DNA from: an uncultured Lentisphaeria bacterium
GTDB taxonomy: Bacteria > Verrucomicrobiota > Lentisphaeria > JABSQK01 > JAJFLO01
DNA: 32,000 bases
Assembly (NCBI GenBank): GCA_951812855.1
Contig: OX638337.1
Coordinates: 330,001-362,000 of the forward strand
Direction of reading: 5' to 3'
The first letter of the stretch is position 1; the number at the start of each line of letters is the position of its first letter. The notes below the pieces were generated by a model. That model was not told the DNA's origin, made no database searches, and saw only the letters and a program-made list of their open reading frames with translations. Below, piece after piece: positions 8,132 to 18,262 of this stretch. The position numbers and the translations under genes are program-made.

Positions 8132-9382
8132 TCAGGATTTGATCTGATCAAATCCTGTATAAGGTCTTAACACATTGGGAACAATAATACTCCCGTCGGC
8201 CTGTTGAAAATTCTCCATTATGGCACATACAACCCGGTCGGTAACCGCAGTTGCTGATATCGTATGAACGATCCCTTTAGTTCCGTTGTTATCCTGATAA
8301 CGAACACTGAGCCGACGAGCCTGAAAATCATTCAGATTTGTGTTAGAGCAGACTTCTCGATAATTACCGAATCCAGGGAAGAAAGCATCAACATCATACT
8401 TCTTATATCCCGGAGCACCAAGATCTCCTATACAGACATTAACAACCCGATAAGGCAAGTTTAGCTGTTGCAGAAGGTATTCTTCATTTTGTAAACACAG
8501 TTCATGATACGTTTCAGAGTCTTCTGGTAAGCAGAATACAATTTGTTCAACTTTTTGAAACTGATGAACTCTAAAAATTCCACGCGTTTCCTTGCCATAA
8601 CTTCCGGCTTCAGTTCTGAAACAGGGAGTATTGGCTGTATAACATAGAGGCAATGATTCTGATGCTAATATTTCGTCACCATGATAGGCCACTAAAACCT
8701 GCTCTGATGTACCAATCAGAGCCAGATCTTCGTTTTCCAATTGATACGTCTGATCAGCAAAAAATGGCAGATAGCCTGTTCCATAAAGTGTTTTTTCTTT
8801 AGCTGCACATGGTGTTGAAAATAATGTAAATCCTTTTTTTACAAGTTCTTGCTGAGTCCAAAAAAACAAAGCAGATGCTAATTGTGCTCCTTTTCCTTTC
8901 CAGAAATAAAAACCAGACTGGGCAACTTTGCCGCCGCGCTTTGTATCAATGATATCGAGTTTTTCACCTAATTCCTGATGATCCAGCGGTTCGAAATCGA
9001 ATTGTGGTTTATCCCCCCAAGATTTTAATTCTTCATTATCTCCGTCATCATTACCATCGGGGACATCTGGACTTAGAAGGTTTGGCAGCCAGGCCATCTG
9101 CTGATTAATCTTCGCCTTTAATTCATTAAGTAAAGCTTCCTTATCAGACAGCTCTTGTTTTAACCCTTTTACAATCTCGCGAGCCTCGGGGTTTGTTTTA
9201 CATTCTTTGCTTAACCGGTTTCGTTTTGCCCTTATATTTTCCACATTATTAAGTAATTCAAGATAATCTGAATCCATACCCAGAAGCTTATCAATATCAA
9301 TATTCGTTACGGATCTTTTTTTACAGTTCAGTTTGATTTTTTCTGGATTGTTTCGTAAGATTTTTATGTCAATCATAATCAA
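8132..9382 (-). CDS. serS: Seryl-tRNA synthetase
   Basis: 416-aa ORF. It has an N-terminal coiled-coil arm (MIDIKILRNNPE...) and class II motifs, including CFRTEAGSYGKETRGIFRVHQFQKVE. The true start may be the third codon (9376). Confidence 0.93.
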   Translation of the reverse strand: MIMIDIKILRNNPEKIKLNCKKRSVTNIDIDKLLGMDSDYLELLNNVENIRAKRNRLSKECKTNPEAREIVKGLKQELSDKEALLNELKAKINQQMAWLPNLLSPDVPDGNDDGDNEELKSWGDKPQFDFEPLDHQELGEKLDIIDTKRGGKVAQSGFYFWKGKGAQLASALFFWTQQELVKKGFTLFSTPCAAKEKTLYGTGYLPFFADQTYQLENEDLALIGTSEQVLVAYHGDEILASESLPLCYTANTPCFRTEAGSYGKETRGIFRVHQFQKVEQIVFCLPEDSETYHELCLQNEEYLLQQLNLPYRVVNVCIGDLGAPGYKKYDVDAFFPGFGNYREVCSNTNLNDFQARRLSVRYQDNNGTKGIVHTISATAVTDRVVCAIMENFQQADGSIIVPNVLRPYTGFDQIKS

Positions 9383-9562
9383 CCTCTTTACTTTTTCTCA
9401 AAATTCCCATTTAATCCCGTGAATGACAAAGCACAGTTTGTAAAATGTGCTGAATATACACTATAGTTACACTCTGTGTGTTGAAACAGCTCTTTTCATC
9501 TAAATTGATCGCAAGGCCTTTGTATAATATCCCCAACGTAAACTTCAAGCCCTGACTCCCCT

Positions 9563-10411
9563 ATGAAAATTATTCCTGGAAATGGTAAACTGAGTTTGAA
9601 AAATGACGGTCAACTCGAGGTTGTATTTATTGGCGTGGGTTCAGCATTTGCCAGGACATTATATCAAACAAATTTCCTCATTATCAAAGGCGATCACCAT
9701 ATAATGGTGGATTTTGGGACAACGGGTCCACAGGCATTGCGGGAAACAACCGGAAATGAACCCACAGACATAGAAATCATTCTGCCAACACATAGCCATT
9801 CTGACCACGCAGGCGGAATAGAATGTCTCGGTTTACTTAATCGATACGTCAGCGTAAGGATGTTTAATAAACCTCGATTAAAAATGATTATCAACGAGGA
9901 TTATGAGAAAACATTGTGGGATATGACATTGCGTGGCGGAATGGGGTGGAATGAAACTGATAAATGTTCCAGACGCCTGGTCTTTGATGATTATTTTGAT
10001 TCGATCAGACCCGAAAAGATAATGGATGAACCTCGTGAAGTGTTAGCCGCTACTGTCGGGGATATTCATCTTGAAATGTTTAGAACAAAACATATTCCTG
10101 AACAGGCAGGCAGTTGGCGATCGGCATTTACATCATATGGCGTTTTTATTGACGATCATGTATTCTGTTCGGCTGATACGCGTTTTGACCCGGATCTAAT
10201 TGACATGTACGCTGACCGTTCTGAAGTTATGTTTCATGATGTCCAGTTTTTTCCCGGTTCTGTTCACGCACCCTTGTCAGATCTTAAGACGCTGGATCCG
10301 GAAATTAAGAAAAAAATGATTTTGATCCACTACTCTGATGACTGGAGAGATCAGGACATCTCTGATTTTAAAGGTTGGGGAATCCAGGGGCATCGATATA
10401 TTTTTGATTGA
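9563..10411 (+). CDS. MBL-fold metallo-hydrolase
   Basis: 282-aa ORF. It has the HSHSDHAGG (HxHxDH) motif and downstream His/Asp ligand positions. Confidence 0.75.
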   Translation: MKIIPGNGKLSLKNDGQLEVVFIGVGSAFARTLYQTNFLIIKGDHHIMVDFGTTGPQALRETTGNEPTDIEIILPTHSHSDHAGGIECLGLLNRYVSVRMFNKPRLKMIINEDYEKTLWDMTLRGGMGWNETDKCSRRLVFDDYFDSIRPEKIMDEPREVLAATVGDIHLEMFRTKHIPEQAGSWRSAFTSYGVFIDDHVFCSADTRFDPDLIDMYADRSEVMFHDVQFFPGSVHAPLSDLKTLDPEIKKKMILIHYSDDWRDQDISDFKGWGIQGHRYIFD

Positions 10412-10482
10412 ATCACGCTCTTCACCTGATTACTGCAAACTCTACATCTCCACTGATGATATTTCCTGAACGCGTGAGTAAC

Positions 10483-12918
10483 TCAATTATTCTCAATTAA
10501 AATTTTATCCCCTTGACAATAGATCCAGTATCCTGCCTGATTTTCGAATTCTTCAGATATAATGAACAATTTCTTTTCCGTATCCCACTGCCAGATAAAG
10601 TCTCCGGGTTGTAACGAAAATAGTTTCGCGATATCCGATTCAACCGGCATATACGGAATACTGACAAGATTCCAACCGGGTAAAAGATTAAGATTTATAT
10701 TATTATCAAGTATTAAAATCTCTATATCCGAATGACAGATCAGCTCCGCATTTAAAGGATTTTTAATTAACAGTGAAAATGATCTGTTAAATTCATCGAC
10801 AGTATTATCAACGGTTGTTAATGTTACAGATTGCTGCCCGCTTTCCATTGGTTCCCATTTCACCTGGCCCATACCGGATATAAATGCCGAACCCGCACCC
10901 GGCTGAACCTGATCGATTTCATAGTCAACTAAAACAGCTTGATCGCTCGTGTTAACCAATTTTACTGCAAACGTCACAGACTGCCCTTCATTCACAGATA
11001 ATGTGCTGTCTTCAACAATAACGATATGAGGGGATGTAAACGGTAACACATTAAATGTATAAACTATTAGACTCTCCCATAGCACCTTGATCGTTAACCC
11101 CAACAATAGAAATTTGATGACTTCCGGCAGAAAGTCCCCCCTTGCATATCATTTCATAATCCAGAACGGGTTCTGATAAACGCCCGGAAAACGTTTTTCC
11201 CTGATCGATTTCAATCACATATTCAACGATGATTCCCTGACCTGTTGGAACATTCCATTCCCAATATGGGATGTTGTCATTGGTGTCGGCACCGTTTGAT
11301 ATGGGATTAGATTTATCCTTGCCAGTGAACCCCTGGAGATTATGTATAGTGGGAACAGCAAATGCAGCCGGGGCCTTATAGGCGTTCAAACGAGTCACCT
11401 GACCAGATTCACAATTTGGATTAAGAGCCAACGCTCTGCCAAATGTACTCATACAGTCTCCATTACTGATAATAGCGTTTCGCACTTGATGTGGGGATAA
11501 GTCAGGTTGGTATCCCCATAACAGTGAAACAACCCCGGCAACATGAGGTGCTGCAAATGAAGTTCCATTTTCAAAATTACAGTTACTGACACTTCCAATT
11601 CTACGATCAGTACTATATACTCCCACTCCGGGAGCGGTTACATCTACGTTGATTCCAAAGTCAGACGAATTGTATTTTACATCATTATTATCTGAAGCTG
11701 TGACACTAATAATATTTGGCAGTGCCGGCCATATTGGGCTTCCGTCAAATAATAATTCGTCGCAGCGAATATCGTGTCCATGGTCCGCGGTATCAAACCA
11801 GGTTCTGCCATTATGATCTTGATTGCTATTTGCTGCCGCTATGACAATAATCCCATCAAATCCTGCAATTGCATCGTAAAATGCTCTATCCACAGTAAAT
11901 ACTGACATTTTGTATTCTCTCGTCCGAAGCTTGCATTGATAACTGATACGCCATTATTTTCTGCAAATCGAACACCTTTTACAAACTCACTTGTACTGGT
12001 TGCATCAAAAAAATTTTGTGATCGAATTGCCATTAATCTGGCATTCCAATTCAGCCCGGAAATACCTATATAATTATTGATTTCAGCACCAATAATTCCC
12101 GCAATCCTTGTCCCGTGGTTTAAAGAAAATCCTGAATCAGGGAAAGGGTCTCGCTCACCTTGACCCGAAAAATCATATCCGTGCATACAATCCCCTAATG
12201 GATTATTATTCCAATCTACACATGCAGTACCATCCCATATACGATTGACCGGATCCGCGTGATTATAATCGATACCACTGTCAAATATAGCAACAATCCC
12301 TCCCCTGCCGGCAGTTACACTTTAAAAAATATCCCATGCATCAATCGCCTGGATATCTGGACTCAAAGTACCGGGAATTCCGGCTGTAACCGGCAGACAA
12401 GGTGTGCCGACTGTTGCCATGCCCGGGATATTCTGGCCTGTATTTTTTAAGGAATACTGATTTGAAAAACAGGGATCATCAGGAGCGGCTCTATATTTAT
12501 ATAGATAATTGGGTTGGACATAGATAAAATCATTGTCTTCCTTCAGACGGGTCATTGCTGCTTCAGTTGATTCATCTTCATTCAGGAGCAAACAAACCAG
12601 ATCGGAAGAAATAAATTCCATATTTTTACACCCCTTTGACGTCGCAAAATTCTTTGCATTCTTCAAAAATACATTCCCTGATCGAATCTGATTTGAATTT
12701 AATTTTGCCAACACTTCCCCGGAACGCCGATCATTTTTCTTCGATAGATTCTTTAATTTTTTACTGCCTCTTCCATTTTTTTTACTATTGTCTATGTGGA
12801 TATCTAATTTTTTTGATAGTCTGCCCGTTCCTGATCGGGCAACGATATTTATAAAACTGTTTACCGTGTCATTTTTCAATTTGACCGGGAATTGGATCAT
12901 CTCTATTTCCATACACAT
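10483..12918 (-). pseudogene. Disrupted subtilisin-family (S8) serine peptidase with a propeptide, Ig-like region and Calx-beta-like C-terminal domain
   Basis: Four ORF fragments (12918-12322, 12186-11839, 11908-11051, 11106-10483) together make one S8 protein. The triad is Asp in IVAIFDSGIDYNH, His in NHGTRIAGIIGA and Ser in NGTSFAAPHVAG. Breaks: an in-frame TAA at 12322-12324 (AWDIF*SVTAGRGG); a -1 shift at the T-run 11908-11911 (GRENTK / MSVFTVD); and a +1 shift near 11061-11063 (ESNS / YTFNV). Confidence 0.75.
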
Positions 12919-13432
12919 TTGATTCTATCGTTCCAACGGTATTGAACTGAATGTTCATCAATGGCTCTAAACCCAAATTTTTGATAGAAAACCGCTTTTT
13001 AAAAATTTGGGAATTGTCAGTGATATCAGCTGAATCTATTAAAATGGTTTGCGGCGTTATCCTTGCTGTCGGATTTACATTTGCTTTTATTTCTATATAG
13101 GTAAAGTGTGAATTTTTGCTATTTGAAATTACTGAGACGAACTGGTTTATTTTGCCCTCTTTCCCTCTAGTATCCGGTAATACATCAATATAGCCAGATC
13201 GACCGGGCAGAATGCGATCATTCTCAATTTCAGCACTGAGACGACAACAGCTCACCTGTAATTTTGATACATATAAAGTATGAGAACCCGAATTAGAAAT
13301 TGTAAATCGTCTTGAAACTGATTGAGCACCAAATATCAGCCCAAAATCATGATGATTTTCGTCAATAACTAATGATTGACAAAAACAACCTGCAGCAAGT
13401 AAAAAACTGGAGATAAATAAAATCGGTTTCAT
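12869..13432 (-). CDS. DUF1573-like secreted protein or lipoprotein
   Basis: 187-aa ORF. It has a signal peptide with a possible lipobox (FLLAAGC). HHDFGLIFGAQSVSRRFTISNSGSHTLYVSKLQVSCC resembles the DUF1573 FDFG...N.G...L.I..V..SCGC pattern. Confidence 0.6.
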   Translation of the reverse strand: MKPILFISSFLLAAGCFCQSLVIDENHHDFGLIFGAQSVSRRFTISNSGSHTLYVSKLQVSCCRLSAEIENDRILPGRSGYIDVLPDTRGKEGKINQFVSVISNSKNSHFTYIEIKANVNPTARITPQTILIDSADITDNSQIFKKRFSIKNLGLEPLMNIQFNTVGTIESNVYGNRDDPIPGQIEK

Positions 13433-13580
13433 ATTCGGTTAGAGTCAGGTAATTCACCAGCAGAAATTCATAAACAGTACATTTGCGGAAACGTATAGAA
13501 ACTTCGAGTTACTCGAAATATAAGCAATCCTGGATGCTGTCAAAATCTATATTTCATTTCAATAAAGATAATCCCGAATA

Positions 13581-13600
13581 TAAACACAGTTGCTTAATAT
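13581..13600. repeat. Copy C of the recurrent intergenic motif, TAAACACAGT-TGCTTAATAT
   Basis: Read directly. It is 20 of 21 identical to 11-31. It sits 2 nt from the MscS stop and about 150 nt upstream of the DUF1573 start. Confidence 0.6.
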
Positions 13601-13602
13601 TC

Positions 13603-15402
13603 TTACTCACCATCATTTGAAGAACCATTCTCTATACGCACACTTTGATTAGGCGGGGTAAATATACCGAGGCCGCCAGGCTTTGAATGTAACCCGGAAG
13701 GACCAAATTTCAAGGCTGCGTCCGACAACTCAGATATATCAACTCTATGCGGAGCCCGCAAACTTTCGTGCCCGGGAAATGATTCTATTTGCAAGGTCTG
13801 TGTTGGAAATGCAAAATCCACTCCAATCTTTTCAGCCAATCTCAGTATCTCCAGATAGATATTTTGACGTTGAACAAGTTCAGCTGCCCAATCCGGGACC
13901 TTCAGGAAACAATACAACATCACGTCCAGGGAGAAATTTCCATAACCGTTAAATACAACATGGTAATAATCTTTTCGTGTATATGGGTTTGCTTCAACAA
14001 TATTTTTTACTCCTTCTAAAAATGCCTCCATTTTTTCAGGCGGTGTATCGTATGTAAGTCCGAAAAATGCCTTAATCCGTCGATAATTTCGCTGTCCCAT
14101 GTTATCAATATCAGCATTTGCCAAAATTGAATTTGGTACAGTAATTAAAGAGTCGTAAAACGTCCGAATTCGAGTAGAACGAAACCCTATTTCTTCAACA
14201 GATCCCTCAGTTTTTCCAATTATTACCCAATCACCAATATTAAAGGGCCGATCCAGCAAAATCATAATTGAACCGAAAAAGTTCGCACAGGTATCTTTTG
14301 CAGCAAGAGCAAATGCCAACCCGCCCAGACCTAAGCCGGCGAGTACAGACATGACATTAAATCCCAAATTCTGACACGATACGAGCACGCCAAAGACAAC
14401 AACAAACATTTTTAATGCTCTTTGAATTAACGGAACCAGCTGATCATCCAGCTTTGAACCTGTTTTACTGGATAAATGCATTAAATATTCCGTAAGCACG
14501 TCTACGGAATTATATATAAGCCAAATGAGGGAAATGCTGAAGATCACCTGGACAAAATTCATGAGAATTAACTGAGGTGTACCTTCAAATTTGAGAATAA
14601 AAATTGAAATAATCCAAAATCCGCTTGCACCAATCAATCCGGCGGGTCTGTCAAATGCATAAATTATCTTATCATCCCAGTCAAATTTTGTTTTCTGGGT
14701 GAATTTCTTCAATAAATGGATTTGAATCTCAATGAGTCTCTTAATCACCAACCCTGAGAAAATTGAGATAAGTATTCCCAACCACTGCCAGTTTAGCAAT
14801 AGTATCGTTTTTTCCAGTGCCCAGTGTGGCAGCTTTGATTCAACCCAGGGTTCTTTGTATAAAGCACCGCCTCCTGATTTTTTTAGATAGGGTAAATGTT
14901 TAACTTTTTCAAAAAATTCCCGAGCTCTGGAAACCGTGTCAACCGAAAAAAGATAATCCCCCTCGCGTTCCCCTTTTTTCACGCGAGATATCGTAATTTC
15001 AGTATCCTTCAGACGCCATTTCTGTAATGGATTGTTACGATCACCGATATCATCTGGAACAAGGTTTACATCTATAACAATGACACGATCAATAACTTCT
15101 TTAAGTAGAATTGCCGCCTCTCCCCCCTTCTCTTTTCTTAGAACAAAGGGTATATTATCTAAGTTTAAGCAGCGGATAGCATCATTAATTCGATCTCTTT
15201 TGTCCTTTTGGCCTGTTTTAACACCGGCTTTATAGTCATTCATTGCCAGCATATAGGATTTTATTGTATCCCGCGGGCTATCGAGTTTCACGGGAATCAG
15301 CGGATTTTCGAGTCCAAACATCCCGTAAATGCAAAACACAAAAATGGCAAGGGAAATCTGTTTTTTCATAATCTTTATATTCATGAGACAATTCCTTTTC
15401 AT
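13603..15402 (-). CDS. Mechanosensitive ion channel (MscS family) with a large N-terminal periplasmic domain
   Basis: 599-aa ORF. It has multiple TM helices and the MscS core GLGGLAFALAAKDTCANFFGSIMILLDRPFNIGDWVIIGKTEGSVEEIGFRSTRIRT. An alternative start is at 15369 (MKKQISLAIFVF signal). Confidence 0.88.
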   Translation of the reverse strand: MKRNCLMNIKIMKKQISLAIFVFCIYGMFGLENPLIPVKLDSPRDTIKSYMLAMNDYKAGVKTGQKDKRDRINDAIRCLNLDNIPFVLRKEKGGEAAILLKEVIDRVIVIDVNLVPDDIGDRNNPLQKWRLKDTEITISRVKKGEREGDYLFSVDTVSRAREFFEKVKHLPYLKKSGGGALYKEPWVESKLPHWALEKTILLLNWQWLGILISIFSGLVIKRLIEIQIHLLKKFTQKTKFDWDDKIIYAFDRPAGLIGASGFWIISIFILKFEGTPQLILMNFVQVIFSISLIWLIYNSVDVLTEYLMHLSSKTGSKLDDQLVPLIQRALKMFVVVFGVLVSCQNLGFNVMSVLAGLGLGGLAFALAAKDTCANFFGSIMILLDRPFNIGDWVIIGKTEGSVEEIGFRSTRIRTFYDSLITVPNSILANADIDNMGQRNYRRIKAFFGLTYDTPPEKMEAFLEGVKNIVEANPYTRKDYYHVVFNGYGNFSLDVMLYCFLKVPDWAAELVQRQNIYLEILRLAEKIGVDFAFPTQTLQIESFPGHESLRAPHRVDISELSDAALKFGPSGLHSKPGGLGIFTPPNQSVRIENGSSNDGE

Positions 15403-15767
15403 TCAAATAGATTTATTATAAAAACAGTAACAATAAGTGTAATTTCAAAAGAAAACAGGATGTCGTGTTATTTTTAACCGGTAGTATCTCGATGTGTAAT
15501 TCTGATTAGATTGCGATAGATACAATTGGGTTAATATAAAACAAAACAACAGTCGTCTTAAAATGACACAGTAAATAGGCTGGCATATTTTTCAAAAAAA
15601 ACGATTCAGGAAGCAACTGGCGCCTGGTTCAGATATACTAATTGTTCAATAAGGTGGGGAATTCTGGTGTCCTGACGGTCTTCCCTCCGGGTATAGCCAA
15701 TGTAATTACTCTTTATTAATTCTAACGTGTTTTAGTCAGATCAATCCTTAAAAATTCGGACGGTATC

Positions 15768-18050
15768 ATGAGTTCATGCAAATCATTAGTTCTGGCAGTT
15801 AAATTATGTTTCGTTTATGGATTATTTTTTAATTTAAACGCAACACCCTTAGATGTGAGAGCATATACATCTTCGCAAATGCTGAAATTAATATCTTCCA
15901 TTGAGGTCACCTATATAAACAGGACTAAGATACCGCATAAACATCAGATCATCAGTGATCATGAAAATCAGGAAATTGTCAGACAATTGAATAAATTGAT
16001 TGCTCAGAGTCTTGGGGAATGCCAAAACCAGTCAAAAAAGCTATTGGAGAGACTTTTCGCTGAAATATCTATCTCTGGAAAACCCGAAATTGAGTTGTCA
16101 TTAAAATCCAATTTAATAAAAAATTTGGTATATAACGATGATCCCAATAGTCTTGAACAAATTTTATACGATTGTTTATTGGTCGCTCATGAAGGAAAAA
16201 ATACTCAAGCAACTTTAATTCTACTGATCAGCATTGGGAATTTTTACTCTTCGATTAAGGAATACACTACTGCGATTACAATTTATAAAACAATTAATAG
16301 AATTTATGCGGGCGCTGCCAATAGAGACGCAGCATCCTATGCCAATATAAATTGTGCTCGCACTTATAAAGAGACTGGAAATCTTGATCAGTCTGTTTTC
16401 CATCTCAAACAGGCAAAACACTTAATTGACTCAATCGCGAGAATTGATACCAAATCCTTACTGAACCTCGCTTCTGTTGACATTTATCTTGATTTAATAA
16501 CAGCTCATCCTGATAAACTTAAACATTTAAAGCCGGTTGTCTTTGATCTCATAGAGCAAACCCAACGGCTTAATCCCAATGCAAATGATGCTGAACTTAA
16601 TTCATACCTTAACGGGTATCTGGGTAAGTTATATGAACTGAATAACCAATTTGAATCTGCCCTGATTCTCACACAAAAAGCCTGGTATTATGCACAAAAT
16701 GATGACCTGACCGATCTTTATTTTCCCTGGCAATGGCAAATCGGAAGAATTTACAGTAGACTGAATGATTTTGAACTGGCGATTCACGCATATGATTCCG
16801 CATTATATCACCTTGACGCGTTCAATCAACAATCGAGTCAGCATTACAGTTTTACAGAAAAAATTAATCCATTTTCTGAATTTACCGACCTTCTGTTAGC
16901 CAAATCCGATATTGTCAAAAATGATACAGAAAAACAATACTATTATAAAAAAGCCAGGGATTTGATAGAAAAGAAAAAATCCTTTGATTTAAAAAATTTT
17001 CTTCAGGACAGCTGTTCCAGTCAAAATAAACACGACACCGTTGATATTGATCATTATTCACCCAGGACTGCAATCATTTACATTATCCCTGTCACTGACC
17101 GGATTGAATTTATTATCTCAAATCAGGGACAATTTTATCGGTTTAGCAAACCTGTAAAAATTAATGATTTAGTTCAGAAAATTAACGTATTTAAACGATT
17201 GATAAAAAAAAGAACCACATTCCAATTTATTACAGTTGCCAAACATCTTTACAATTTACTGGTCCAGCCTTATGAAAAATTTTTAGTTCAAAAAGACATT
17301 GATACACTGGTACTGATTCCAGACAATTTTTTGCATGATATCCCGCTTGCAGCGTTACACAACGGAACAGATTTTCTGATTAATAATTTTGCTGTAGCAT
17401 TAAGTCCAGGTTTAACATTGACAAAAAATCAGCAGGTTGATTTAAAACAATCCAAACTCCTGGCCTGTGGTATCTCAGAAGGGATCCGGGGATTCAGTTC
17501 CCTACACTACGTACCCTTTGAAATTCAATCAATAGAGGCAATAACTAATTGCCGGAAGATTATTAACAATGAATTCACTTACAATAAATTTGCTGACGAA
17601 TTATTACATCATAATTATTCGTTCGTCCATATTGCGTCACATGGTTTTCTGGCTGAAAGACATTCGGATTCATATCTATTAACCTGGAATAATAAAATCT
17701 CAGTCAAACAGCTTGAATCACTATTAAAGCCTAATGAGTTTCGTGGCGTCCCCATTGAATTATTGACATTAAGTGCCTGCCAGTCAGCAAGCAGCAATTC
17801 GAATACAGCCCTGGGTCTGGCCGGCATTGCCTATAATTCAGGGGTTAAAAGTGTAATCGGCACACTTTGGTTTATAAACGACCAGGCTTCATCTGAGCTA
17901 ATTACAAAGTTCTATAACAATCTCTTTTCCCACAAGACAATCAGTAAAGCTAAAGCATTACAAAATGCTCAAATTGAATTAATAAATACTAAACAATACC
18001 GACATCCATACTATTGGTCATCATTTTTAATTATCGGTAATTGGTTATGA
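15768..18050 (+). CDS. Secreted TPR-repeat CHAT-domain (caspase-like) protease
   Basis: 760-aa ORF. It has a hydrophobic signal-like N-terminus (LVLAVKLCFVYGLFF), a helical TPR-like middle region, and a C-terminal CHAT with His (FVHIASHGF) and Cys (LLTLSACQSAS) dyad motifs. The ending YWSSFLIIGNW is typical of CHAT proteins. Confidence 0.85.
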   Translation: MSSCKSLVLAVKLCFVYGLFFNLNATPLDVRAYTSSQMLKLISSIEVTYINRTKIPHKHQIISDHENQEIVRQLNKLIAQSLGECQNQSKKLLERLFAEISISGKPEIELSLKSNLIKNLVYNDDPNSLEQILYDCLLVAHEGKNTQATLILLISIGNFYSSIKEYTTAITIYKTINRIYAGAANRDAASYANINCARTYKETGNLDQSVFHLKQAKHLIDSIARIDTKSLLNLASVDIYLDLITAHPDKLKHLKPVVFDLIEQTQRLNPNANDAELNSYLNGYLGKLYELNNQFESALILTQKAWYYAQNDDLTDLYFPWQWQIGRIYSRLNDFELAIHAYDSALYHLDAFNQQSSQHYSFTEKINPFSEFTDLLLAKSDIVKNDTEKQYYYKKARDLIEKKKSFDLKNFLQDSCSSQNKHDTVDIDHYSPRTAIIYIIPVTDRIEFIISNQGQFYRFSKPVKINDLVQKINVFKRLIKKRTTFQFITVAKHLYNLLVQPYEKFLVQKDIDTLVLIPDNFLHDIPLAALHNGTDFLINNFAVALSPGLTLTKNQQVDLKQSKLLACGISEGIRGFSSLHYVPFEIQSIEAITNCRKIINNEFTYNKFADELLHHNYSFVHIASHGFLAERHSDSYLLTWNNKISVKQLESLLKPNEFRGVPIELLTLSACQSASSNSNTALGLAGIAYNSGVKSVIGTLWFINDQASSELITKFYNNLFSHKTISKAKALQNAQIELINTKQYRHPYYWSSFLIIGNWL

Positions 18051-18262
18051 ATCAGAATTTATTCTATTGCATTAGGTAAAAACTCATAATATCAAGGACA
18101 AATAAAGCTGAACGATTCATTTCCTGATACATTCGATCAGGTACTGTAAGTAAAAATCTTAGTAATTACAGTATTGGTTCGTTTCAGACATTATAGAACT
18201 ATTCTTAAAGCAAGTATGACTATTAAGGTCAAATAACAGCATTTACCCAATTTGATAAAACA

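Noticed and set aside
12322-12324. The in-frame TAA inside the S8 protease as evidence of stop-codon reassignment.
   Set aside because: TAA terminates the YyaL-like gene, prfB and prfA in this same window. Both RF1 and RF2 look intact. The same gene also carries two frameshifts, so a nonsense mutation or base error is the simpler explanation.
15595-15705. A locally GC-rich, partly self-complementary patch in the mscS / CHAT divergent spacer. It contains GGCGCC, has GGGGAA at 15656-15661 pairing with TTCCCT at 15681-15686, and is flanked by an A8/T8 run. I considered an SRP RNA, a riboswitch leader of mscS, or a tRNA-like element.
   Set aside because: It does not match the SRP helix-8 consensus (GUCAGGUCCGGAAGGAAGCAGC), the tRNA T-arm, or any riboswitch core I can recall. 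The stems are short (4-6 bp) and the hairpin before the U-run is weak. It is worth an Rfam scan but is unsupported by eye.
15768-18050. TPR-CHAT as a CRISPR-associated Craspase (Csx29-like) component.
   Set aside because: No CRISPR repeats and no cas/gRAMP genes are in the window. The protein has a signal-peptide-like N-terminus and is paired with a membrane sensor kinase instead.
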